Shown piece by piece: positions 8,362 to 16,431 of a stretch of DNA of 64,000 nucleotides. The stretch is from Salaquimonas sp. Its GTDB lineage: Bacteria; Pseudomonadota; Alphaproteobacteria; Rhizobiales; Rhizobiaceae. Below the pieces are notes generated by a model. That model worked only from the letters and a program-made list of their open reading frames with translations, was not told the origin of the DNA and made no database searches. The DNA lies in assembly GCA_041742235.1 (NCBI GenBank), contig JBGSJA010000019.1, positions 902-64,901 on the forward strand. Direction: 5' to 3'. A program made the translations under genes and the position numbers. Position 1 is the first letter of the stretch, and every line of letters begins with the position of its first letter.

Positions 8362-9035
8362 GTGAGCACTTCCACGGTCCAAATGGTGATGACGCGCACG
8401 ATCGAGGATGTCGTAAGGCCGGGTTATTCCAGGTTTGCGGGCGCCGCGAGCGATCTGATCCTTATCGCTGCAGCTACGCGCTAGCCATTGCCCGCAACCT
8501 CGAAACAATCGGCGAGGAGCTTTCCGCAAGCTGGGCTGACGGCGGGGATGCTTCCGGCAAATGGGTGGTGGGCCGCAATTCGGAGGCCGCCGCCGCGACG
8601 CTCAATGAACTGCTCTCGACAATGATCCACGGGCTCGAGGCCGTGCGCGACTTGCGGCTGAGAGGCTTCCTTGACGTTGCCAACGGCAAGGACCGCCCGA
8701 GGCAGGCGATCTTCTGGCGCTCCGGCCAAACCGTTGCGTCGATCCGCGGCGACATCGCCGGGCTGGCGCGGATGTTCGAGGAATCGGCAATGATCGCGCT
8801 ACTGCCGGAAGGCGTGACGAGCATAGCCGACTCGATCCGCTTCGAATTCAAAAAGATCGACGGCCTTCTGACAGGACTTGATGCGCCGGTCGCCCAACTC
8901 GTTGCGGACAAGGATGCGCGCGACAAGCTGGTCCTCGCGGACCTGCTTATCAAAGGCCTGGTGGAACGCTTCGACACGCAATACGCGCCCGCAGCGGGTC
9001 TGAGCGCAGGATTTTCATTCTCCGATGGCGATTGA
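8362..9035 (+). pseudogene. second imelysin-like gene remnant (short N-terminal piece plus C-terminal half, different frames)
   Basis: One frame (8362/8383 to TAG 8482-8484) gives MVMTRTIEDVVRPGYSRFAGAASDLILIAAATR. The frame of ORF 8349..9035 then gives CSYALAIARNLETIGEELSASWADGG ... GLEAVRDLRLRGFL ... FSFSDGD. Together they make up far less than a normal imelysin-like protein, and there is no signal peptide. Confidence 0.55.
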
Positions 9036-10111
9036 GACCGAACTTTGCCGCAGGGCATTATTGCGTGGCGCCGGCGCCGGCCTGCTGTCCTTGCTGGCGC
9101 CGGAAGCTGCAAGGGCGATGGAGCGATCGCAAGCCGTGCTTGCTTCCGCAGCAAGGAAACAAGACGGGACGCATTGCGTTTTCGTCCTGACGGAAGCCGG
9201 GGAAACGGTTTGGGAAGCGCCATTGCCCGGCCGCGGTCACGGTTTCGCAATTCACCCGCAGACCGGCAGGTTGGTCGCGTTCGCGCGGCGCCCGGGCAGT
9301 TTCGCTGTGGCCTTCCAGGGCCGGGAAGCGGAGCTGCTGGCATTGGCGACTCCGGCAGGCCGGCATTTTTGGGCATGGCCTGTTTTCAGCCGACGGCAGA
9401 TTGCTTCTGACGACGGAAAACGATTTCGAATCCGAGCGGGGAGTTCTGGGAATATGGGACGCAACCGACGGATATCGCCGGATAGCTGAATTCGAAACAT
9501 CCAGGCTGGATCCCCATGACATGGTCCTGATGCCGGACGGACGCACGCTGTGCGTTGCCAATGGCGGCATCCTCACCCATCCGGAGAGCGGCAGGGCCAA
9601 GCTCAATCTCGATTCGATGAAGCCGTCGATAGTCCTCATCGACATCAACGACGGCAGCCTGATAGCCCGGTTCGAGCCCCCTCCCACACTGTCCCGCCTG
9701 TCGCTGCGCCACCTCGCGGTTGGCAAGGACGCGAAGGTCTGGTTCGGCGCCCAGTGGGAAGGCAATGACATGGATACGCCGCCGCTCATTGGACATGCGG
9801 GTCCTGACCGCGGGCTGGTATTTGCCCCGCTCAATGAACAGACGCTTTCGAAACTCGGAAACTATGTTGGCTCGGTTGCCGCCAACGGCGACGGCAGCCA
9901 AATCGCCTTCACCTCGCCTTTCGGCGGTCATGCTGTCATCGTGGATGCGACAACGGGAAAAGTCGCCAGCGTGATCGAGCAGAAAAAGATCTGCGGCGTG
10001 ACCGGAAGAATGTCCGGCTTTGTTTTCTCCTCGGAACTGGGACAAATGTCTGGCCGCCAGTTCCCGGTTGCGTGGGACAATCATATGCAGCATTTGCGCA
10101 CTGGCGCGTAG
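9025..10111 (+). pseudogene. DUF1513 family protein, interrupted by a +1 frameshift at a T5 run
   Basis: ORF 9025..9489 starts with a Tat-like leader (MAIETELCRRALLRGAGAGLLSLLAPEAARA) and reads correctly up to PAGRHF. The conserved continuation GHGLFSADGRLLLTTENDFESERGVLGIWDA ... LMPDGRTLCVANGGILTHP lies in the frame of ORF 9401..10111. The switch sits at cattttt ggg (T run 9366-9370). Confidence 0.75.
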
Positions 10112-10212
10112 CACCGGTCCAGGCCGATACTCTTGAAAACGTAACCAGTGCGGGAACGCTTCGGACCTGCGTCAGCGCGAAGAATTTGGCCACAGCGCTT
10201 GCTTCGAAGTCA

Positions 10213-10779
10213 TCATGACGAAGCCGAGCGAAAAATTGCGAGATCGTTCCAGACCATCTGGCCGGTCAGCCTGCCTTCGGCGACTTCGAACCGGTCGATG
10301 AAGCGCACTGATGAAAAAGGCGTGCCGTCCGGCCATTCCCCGGCAAGCGTGCCGAAGCAATAGACTGCAATGCCGTTTTCGCTGAAGCACTCGTCAAAAC
10401 TCTCATAGGTCTTGCGCACGAAGCGGTAGCGGCCCCGGCTCCATTCGACCAGATCCTCGAGCTTCGTGAAACGCACATTGCCGGGGAATGTCATCTCGAA
10501 GCCTTCTGCAAGAAAGTCACGCGCGGCAGGAAGATCGCGCGCTTCCATGGCAGCAAGATAGGCCCGGACGATCTCCGCGGGCGCAGGCAGCGGAATACCT
10601 GGCGTCCGCGACTTTCTTCCGCGCATGTAGCCCGTCGGCTTGACCTCCACGATCTCCACGGCGATGCCGTCGAGAGGGGCGGCTATTGCCGACCGTACGG
10701 CATCCGTCAGGCGCGTCGCAATGCGTGTCCTTGTTGCATCGTCATATCCCTCGATGAGCGTGACCCTGACAATCGGCAT
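10213..10779 (-). CDS. tautomerase (4-OT family) fused to an NTF2/SnoaL-like domain
   Basis: Start at MPIVRVTLIEGYDDATRTRIATRLTDAV (Pro-1 tautomerase signature; ATG is the complement of 10777-10779, with GGAGGAAAAGC upstream). The C-terminal 120 residues read EIVRAYLAAMEARDLPAARDFLAEGFEMTFPG ... IDRFEVAEGRLTGQMVWND, an NTF2-like pattern. Confidence 0.65.
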   Translation of the reverse strand: MPIVRVTLIEGYDDATRTRIATRLTDAVRSAIAAPLDGIAVEIVEVKPTGYMRGRKSRTPGIPLPAPAEIVRAYLAAMEARDLPAARDFLAEGFEMTFPGNVRFTKLEDLVEWSRGRYRFVRKTYESFDECFSENGIAVYCFGTLAGEWPDGTPFSSVRFIDRFEVAEGRLTGQMVWNDLAIFRSASS

Positions 10780-10832
10780 GCTTTTCCTCCGTTTTCCACA
10801 AGGCCGGCCCGGCAAGCCGGACCTGTGCATTG

Positions 10833-10856
10833 TTGACATAATGATATATTGACATA
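10833..10856. promoter_or_regulatory. AT-rich patch with TTGACATA direct repeat (candidate divergent promoter/operator)
   Basis: TTGACATA occurs at 10833-10840 and 10849-10856. This is the only AT-rich stretch of the 108-nt intergenic region between the tautomerase fusion and the HutC-type regulator. Confidence 0.3.
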
Positions 10857-10887
10857 CCATTACACAAGCAGATAGCCGGGAACGTCA

Positions 10888-11772
10888 ATGGTCGGGACAG
10901 GTCAAGGGGCGACGCTGGGAATGTCGAACGGTGCAAGGCCGGGCGGCCAGCACTTGCGGCCAGATCCCAACAACCGCGTTCCGCTCTACCACCAGATCTT
11001 CCTCATCCTGCGCAACCGCATCTATGGCGGAACGCTGGCCCCGGGCGATATCGTCCCGGGCGAGCAGGAACTCTGCGCTGAATTTGGCGTATCGCGCATA
11101 ACCGCGAAGCGCGCGCTCAACGAAATGGCGGATGCCGGCCTGGTAGTCCGCGAGCGGGGCCGGGGAACAAGGGTGGTGAGCCGGCCGCCGCCGCCGGCCG
11201 TGACTTCATCCATCGAAGGCTGGCTGGAAAACATTTCCCTGATGGGACTGACGACCGAGGCCCGGGTGCTTGAATTCGCCTATGTCCCCGCCAGCGAGGA
11301 CATCGCCGCGGCACTGGGCACGGAGCAGGGAACACAGGTCCAGCGGGCAGTGCGGGTTCGCATGCTCGACGGGGAGCCGATGTCCTATCTCGTCACCTAT
11401 GTACCCAGCGACATCGGGCTGAGCTTTGGCCGCGAGGACCTCAACGCCAAGCCGCTGCTGCATCTGCTGGAAATGGCTGGCGTCAAGGTCGCCTCGGCGC
11501 GCCAGACGATCTCCGCCACGATTGCGGAAGCAGATGTCGCCAATGCCCTCTCCATCCATCCCGGCGCGCCGTTGATCGAGGTCCGGCGCATCGTCAGCGA
11601 CACTTCCGGCCGGCCGGTCGAATACATCCGCGTTCTATACCGGCCTGACCTTTATCGTTTCGAGATGTCCATGCGGCGCGTGCGCGGCAAGGAAGGCATG
11701 CAATGGACGGCACAGGCGTCATCTCCGGTCCCCGCCGGCGACGGCGAAGGAAAGCCACACGGGGAACGATAA
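10888..11772 (+). CDS. GntR family transcriptional regulator, HutC subfamily (UTRA effector domain)
   Basis: wHTH: PLYHQIFLILRNRIYGGTLAPGDIVPGEQELCAEFGVSRITAKRALNEMADAGLVVRERGRGTRV. The C-terminus is UTRA-like (YLVTYVPSDIG ... IEVRRIVSDTSGRPVEYIRVLYRPDLYRFEM). An alternative ATG lies at 10921. Confidence 0.8.
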   Translation: MVGTGQGATLGMSNGARPGGQHLRPDPNNRVPLYHQIFLILRNRIYGGTLAPGDIVPGEQELCAEFGVSRITAKRALNEMADAGLVVRERGRGTRVVSRPPPPAVTSSIEGWLENISLMGLTTEARVLEFAYVPASEDIAAALGTEQGTQVQRAVRVRMLDGEPMSYLVTYVPSDIGLSFGREDLNAKPLLHLLEMAGVKVASARQTISATIAEADVANALSIHPGAPLIEVRRIVSDTSGRPVEYIRVLYRPDLYRFEMSMRRVRGKEGMQWTAQASSPVPAGDGEGKPHGER

Positions 11773-11805
11773 TCAAGCCACTGACAAATCGACAGGAGGA
11801 CTAGC

Positions 11806-13050
11806 ATGGCAGACAAGTTCGCAGGAAAGGGATCAAGGGCCGTGATGCGGCGTCGCGATTTCCTGGCGGCCGGTGCAACGGCCATAGGCGTGGGCGTGAT
11901 GGGTTTTCCCGCAGTACTGAGGGCGCAGCCCGCAGCGGTAAAGATCGGCCTCATTCATCCGGTCTCCGGCTTTATCGCCTTTTCGGGCACGCAGTGCCGC
12001 GCGGGGGCCGAGATGGCCATCGCCGACATCAATGCCGCCGGCGGCATCAAGTCGATGGGCGGCGCCATGCTGGAGGCGATGCTGGCCGACAGCCAGGGCA
12101 AGCCGGATGTCGGCGCAGCCGAGGTGGGCAAGATGGTCGAGGCTGGCGCACACGGCATCGTGGCCGGTTATTCGTCAGCCATTTCGCTGGCGACATCGCA
12201 GGAAGCGGCCAAGACCAACACGCCCCATGTGGTGGATGTCGGGGTTTCCGACCAGATCGTCCAGCGCGGCCTTGCAAACACGTTCCGCTTCTCGCCGGGC
12301 TACGGCAAGACCGCAGAAATGGCGGTAACCAACCTCGACACGATCAACAAGGCAGCCGGCTCGCCCGCCAAGACCGCGATGATCATCCATGAGGAATCGC
12401 TGTTTGGCACGGGCACAGCGGAACTGTTGAACAAGAAGCTGCCGGAGATCGGCATCCAGGTCGTCGAAACCATCAAGCACGCCAATCCGACGCGCGACTT
12501 CACCAACATCGCGCTCCAGATCAAGTCGAAGAAGCCGGACCTGATCATTCCGGCCAACTACTACAACGAATATGTGCTGCTCGCCCGCACGCTGCGCCAG
12601 CAGCAGATCGAGGCGCAGGGCATCTATTCGGTGCTCGGCGGCGCGGCTTCCAGCTACCAGTTCGTCAAGGAGTTCCCGGAAGCGGCCGAACTCATCATGG
12701 ACTGCAACCACTGGTACAATCCGAAGTCGGAGCTTGCGTTGAACCGCCGCAAGGCCGCCGAGGCAAAGGGCCTTGTCTATACCTACGAAGTCTTCCTCGC
12801 CTACAATGCGGTAGCGCTGCTCGCCGACGCGATCGAACGGGCGGGATCGGTGGAAAAGGACGCGGTGAATGCCGCACTCGCCAGCTCGACCTGGGACCAG
12901 CATGGCATGCCCTACGGCCCCACCAAGATGGTGAACGGCCAGAACGAAGGCGCGCAGCCGGTCAACACGCAGGTCCAGAAGGGCGTGATCGAGGTGATCT
13001 TCCCGAAGGAATTCGCTTCCGCCGAAGCGATCTTCCCGGCGAAGATGTAG
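11806..13050 (+). CDS. ABC transporter substrate-binding protein (LivJ/K-like, Peripla_BP_6) with Tat-type signal
   Basis: The leader is MRRRDFLAAGATAIGVGVMGFPAVLRAQP. It continues with VKIGLIHPVSGFIAFSGTQCRAGAEMAIADINAAGGI, typical of branched-chain amino acid/amide binding proteins. Confidence 0.85.
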   Translation: MADKFAGKGSRAVMRRRDFLAAGATAIGVGVMGFPAVLRAQPAAVKIGLIHPVSGFIAFSGTQCRAGAEMAIADINAAGGIKSMGGAMLEAMLADSQGKPDVGAAEVGKMVEAGAHGIVAGYSSAISLATSQEAAKTNTPHVVDVGVSDQIVQRGLANTFRFSPGYGKTAEMAVTNLDTINKAAGSPAKTAMIIHEESLFGTGTAELLNKKLPEIGIQVVETIKHANPTRDFTNIALQIKSKKPDLIIPANYYNEYVLLARTLRQQQIEAQGIYSVLGGAASSYQFVKEFPEAAELIMDCNHWYNPKSELALNRRKAAEAKGLVYTYEVFLAYNAVALLADAIERAGSVEKDAVNAALASSTWDQHGMPYGPTKMVNGQNEGAQPVNTQVQKGVIEVIFPKEFASAEAIFPAKM

Positions 13051-13062
13051 TTCGCGCAACCC

Positions 13063-13087
13063 ACGGCCGGGCCTTGCGCCCGGCCGT
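13063..13087 (+). terminator. intra-operon GC stem-loop after the binding-protein gene (attenuator or mRNA stabiliser)
   Basis: ACGGCCGGGC-cttgc-GCCCGGCCGT forms a perfect 10-bp stem with a 5-nt loop. It begins 12 nt after the TAG stop and is followed by CCTGTTTCTCT. Confidence 0.55.
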
Positions 13088-13113
13088 CCTGTTTCTCTGA
13101 GCCACAGGCCGCC

Positions 13114-13986
13114 ATGCCCGACCTAGCGATCATCGTTCCATCCGTGCTCAACGGCCTGACGACAGGGGCGTTGTATGCGCTGATCGCGCTCGGCCTGACG
13201 CTGATCTACGGCGTGCTGCACATCATCAATTTCGCACATGGCGCATTGCTGATGCTTGGCCTTTACGCAGTGTATTTCCTAAAGGTGCGCCTCGGCATCG
13301 ACCCATACGTCTCGCTGTTGATCGTCCCGCCGGCCATGTTCGTGTTCGGCTATGCCCTGCAGCGCGGAATAATCGCGCGCGCCAGCCACGGCCGCGACGA
13401 GAACATACTCCTCGTCACGCTCGGCCTATCCATCGTGATGGAGAATCTGGCGCTGTTTTTCTTCAAGTCCGACACGCGCATTGTCGAGACGCCCTATTCC
13501 TTCGAGACGATCGAGATATTCGGGGCGTTCCTGCCGGTGCCCAAGGTCGTGGCCTTCGCAGGCGCATTGGTGACCGCGACGCTTCTTTGGCTGCTGATGA
13601 CACGTACCGACCTTGGCCGCGCCATCCGCGCACTTGCCAAGGAACGTACCGGCGCCAAGCTGGTCGGCATCGACGCCGACCACGTTTTCGGCGTCAGTTT
13701 CGGGCTGGGCATTGCCTGCCTCGGCGTTGCCGCCTGCCTGCTGCTGCCAAGCTATTACGTGAGCCCGCAAGTCGGCAGCGGCTTCGTGCTGATCGCCTTC
13801 ACCATCGTCGTACTCGGCGGCATGGGTTCCTTCGTCGGCGCCATGATCGGGGGCCTGATCATCGGCGTGGTCGAGGCGCTTGGCGGGCTCTTCCTCGGCG
13901 AGAGCCTGGGACAGATCGGCATATTCCTGATCTTCATCCTCGTCCTGATCCTGAGGCCAACCGGCCTTCTCGGCCACAAGGCTTGA
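13114..13986 (+). CDS. branched-chain amino acid-type ABC permease (LivH-like)
   Basis: LNGLTTGALYALIALGLTLIYGVLHIINFAHGALLMLGLY plus eight or so hydrophobic segments. Confidence 0.9.
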   Translation: MPDLAIIVPSVLNGLTTGALYALIALGLTLIYGVLHIINFAHGALLMLGLYAVYFLKVRLGIDPYVSLLIVPPAMFVFGYALQRGIIARASHGRDENILLVTLGLSIVMENLALFFFKSDTRIVETPYSFETIEIFGAFLPVPKVVAFAGALVTATLLWLLMTRTDLGRAIRALAKERTGAKLVGIDADHVFGVSFGLGIACLGVAACLLLPSYYVSPQVGSGFVLIAFTIVVLGGMGSFVGAMIGGLIIGVVEALGGLFLGESLGQIGIFLIFILVLILRPTGLLGHKA

Positions 13987-13990
13987 TGCA

Positions 13991-14980
13991 ATGCGCCAGC
14001 TTGCAATCCTTCTCGCCGTTTTCGGGGCAATCGCACTGGCGCCCCTGGCGCTGTCCTCCGACGCCAGCCTCAACATCGTCATCATGACACTCTACGCGGC
14101 GCTTCTGGGCCAGGCATGGAACATCCTTGGCGGCTATGGCGGGCAGGTTTCCTTCGGCCACGCCGCCTATTTCGGAACGGGGGCCTATGCGGTCGCCATT
14201 CTCCAGGTCCAGTTCGGCGTAAATCCCTGGATCGGCATGATCGCAGGCGCGCTTGCAGCAAGCGCGGTCGCTGCATTCATTGGGTTCTCGTCCTTCCGCT
14301 ATGGCCTTCGCGGTTCGTATTTCGCGCTGGTTACGCTCGCATTCGCGGAGGTGCTGCGAATCCTTTCGAACTCGGTCGGCTTTACCGGCGCGGGCGTCGG
14401 CATCCTCGTGCCGCTGGACCGCAGCGCCGTCAATTTCCAGTTCGCAGACCGCGCCGGCTTCTTCTGGGTCATCTGGACGATGTGCCTTTCCTGCTTCATC
14501 GCGGTCTGGGCGATGGCCAATTCGCGCTTTGGTGCACAGCTTACGGCGGTCCGCGACAATGAGGACGCAGCACGCGCACTTGGCGTCAACGCCTTCGCGG
14601 TAAAGATGCAAGCGATCGTACTGTCTGGCTTCTTCAGCGGATTGGCCGGTGTTTTCTACACCCAGTATTTCCTCTATCTCGATCCGCAAATCGCCTATGG
14701 CGCGGCCATTTCGGTGGAGAGCCTGCTGGTTCCGATCATCGGCGGCATGGGAACGCTGTTCGGCCCGCTGCTGGGGGCGGCGGCGTTGCACGCGCTCTCG
14801 GAAGTTACGCGCGAAATCATTGGCGACGTGCCGGGCATCAGCCTGGTCCTGTACGGCGTTCTGCTCGTGGTCATGGTGCTGTTCATGCCGCGCGGACTTG
14901 CCAGCGTTGCGCATCTGCGCCGCCGAAAGCCCGCGGCCGCCCAGCCCGCCGCCGATGCACCGGAGGCCGGGCATGCTTGA
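13991..14980 (+). CDS. branched-chain amino acid-type ABC permease (LivM-like)
   Basis: LLGQAWNILGGYGGQVSFGHAAYFGTGAYAVA. It starts 4 nt after the LivH-like stop. Confidence 0.9.
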   Translation: MRQLAILLAVFGAIALAPLALSSDASLNIVIMTLYAALLGQAWNILGGYGGQVSFGHAAYFGTGAYAVAILQVQFGVNPWIGMIAGALAASAVAAFIGFSSFRYGLRGSYFALVTLAFAEVLRILSNSVGFTGAGVGILVPLDRSAVNFQFADRAGFFWVIWTMCLSCFIAVWAMANSRFGAQLTAVRDNEDAARALGVNAFAVKMQAIVLSGFFSGLAGVFYTQYFLYLDPQIAYGAAISVESLLVPIIGGMGTLFGPLLGAAALHALSEVTREIIGDVPGISLVLYGVLLVVMVLFMPRGLASVAHLRRRKPAAAQPAADAPEAGHA

Positions 14981-15719
14981 AATCAGCGGCATCACCAAGA
15001 GTTTCGGCGGCGTGCAGGCTTCGCGCAACGTCACGATGAACGTGCCCCAAGGCGGCATCACGTCGCTGATCGGGCCGAACGGCGCCGGCAAGACGACGCT
15101 GTTCGCGCTCATTACCGGCTTCCACAGACCGGACGCAGGCTTCGTCCGGTTCCTCGGCGAAGACATTACCGGCCTTGCCCCGGAGAAGATCGCCGCGCGC
15201 GGCATGGTCCGGACTTTCCAGATCGTCCAACCCTTCGCCGGCCAGACGGTCCGCGAAAACATCGCCGTCGGAGCGCATCTGCGCCTTCGCCGGCGCGCCG
15301 ATGCACTCGAAAAAGCCGAGATGGTCGCCCGCCAGGTCGGCCTGGCGGAACGGCTGGACAGCGACGCGGCGGCGCTTACCGTCGCGGGTCGCAAGCGCCT
15401 CGAAGTTGCCCGCGCGCTTGCCACGGACCCGAAGCTGATCCTGTTCGACGAGGTGTTGGCCGGCCTCAACCCGTCGGAAATACGCGACGTCATTCCGGTC
15501 ATCCGCGCCGTCGCCGAAACCGGCGTGACCATCCTGCTCATCGAGCATGTCATGCAGGCGGTCATGAGCCTGTCGAGCCATGCCTGGGTGCTGAACCAGG
15601 GCGAGATCATCGCGCAGGGCCCTCCCCGCGAAATCGTGGCGAACCCCGCCGTTGTCGAGGCCTATCTCGGCAAGGGCATGGCGGAGCGAATGGCGAGGCG
15701 GGAGGCTAGTCATGCTTGA
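14973..15719 (+). CDS. ABC transporter ATP-binding protein (LivG-like)
   Basis: ATG at 14973 with GGAGG 7 nt upstream; it overlaps the permease stop. Motifs: MLEISGITKSFGGVQA, Walker A GPNGAGKTT, and the LivG-type C-terminal NPAVVEAYLG. Confidence 0.9.
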   Translation: MLEISGITKSFGGVQASRNVTMNVPQGGITSLIGPNGAGKTTLFALITGFHRPDAGFVRFLGEDITGLAPEKIAARGMVRTFQIVQPFAGQTVRENIAVGAHLRLRRRADALEKAEMVARQVGLAERLDSDAAALTVAGRKRLEVARALATDPKLILFDEVLAGLNPSEIRDVIPVIRAVAETGVTILLIEHVMQAVMSLSSHAWVLNQGEIIAQGPPREIVANPAVVEAYLGKGMAERMARREASHA

Positions 15720-16431
15720 GGCCGCCATGCTTGAGGTCAGCGGATTGCGCGGCGGTTACGGCCCGGTCGAGATCCTGCGCGGCATCGACATCGAAATTAG
15801 CCGCGGGGACATTGTCGCCCTGCTCGGCTCCAATGGCGTTGGCAAGACCACCTTCGCCACCATCGTGTCCGGGCTCCGGCGTCCATGGGGCGGAACGGTG
15901 CGGTTCCAGAGCCGCGACATCACACGCCTGCCGGCGCAGGCGATTGTCGACAGCGGCCTCATCCAGGTTCCGGAGGGACGGCACATCTTCCCGAATCTCA
16001 GCGTCCGCGAAAATCTCCTGCTCGGAGCGTACCGGCGCGGGCGGGCCAACCGGTCCGCCAACCTTGAGCGCATCACAGATATCTTTCCGCGCCTTCGCGA
16101 ACGCTTCGAACAAAGGGCCGGAACCCTTTCGGGCGGCGAGCAACAGATGCTCGCAATCGGACGCGGCATGATGGCCGAGCCTGAAATCCTCATCCTCGAC
16201 GAGCCGTCAATCGGCCTGTCGCCGCTGCTGGTCGAGGAAATGTTCGCGCTCATCAAACGGCTGAACGAAGAGGGGCTGACGATCCTTCTTGTCGAGCAGA
16301 ACGTGCTGCAATCGCTGGAAATCGCGACCCGCGCCTTTGTCATGGAAAATGGCGAGATCAGGCTCTCGGGACGCCCGTCCGAAATGATGGACGATCCCGA
16401 ACTCCAGCGCTCCTATCTGGGGCTCGCGTGA
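15712..16431 (+). CDS. ABC transporter ATP-binding protein (LivF-like)
   Basis: ATG at 15712 overlaps the LivG-like stop. Motifs: [44 protein letters not shown] and the tail SYLG. Confidence 0.9.
   Translation: MLEAAMLEVSGLRGGYGPVEILRGIDIEISRGDIVALLGSNGVGKTTFATIVSGLRRPWGGTVRFQSRDITRLPAQAIVDSGLIQVPEGRHIFPNLSVRENLLLGAYRRGRANRSANLERITDIFPRLRERFEQRAGTLSGGEQQMLAIGRGMMAEPEILILDEPSIGLSPLLVEEMFALIKRLNEEGLTILLVEQNVLQSLEIATRAFVMENGEIRLSGRPSEMMDDPELQRSYLGLA

Noticed and set aside
9361-9375. Programmed +1 ribosomal frameshifting in the DUF1513 gene.
   Set aside because: There is no known recoding signal (slippery heptamer plus stimulatory structure or a rare-codon pause). The neighbouring genes of the same locus are plainly degraded, so mutation or sequencing error is the simpler explanation.
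13934-15610. 558-aa antisense ORF, and similar long shadow ORFs. These are 19047..20588, 23213..24733, 37166..39244, 40532..41671, 43089..44780, 44224..45276, 46492..47439, 48765..49826, 53013..53987, 56095..57894, 57750..59276, 61567..62439 and 62491..63660.
   Set aside because: Each is antisense or out of frame to a gene with strong family motifs. The translations are Arg/Ala/Pro/Gly-rich with no recognisable domains, as expected for stop-poor alternative frames in high-GC DNA.
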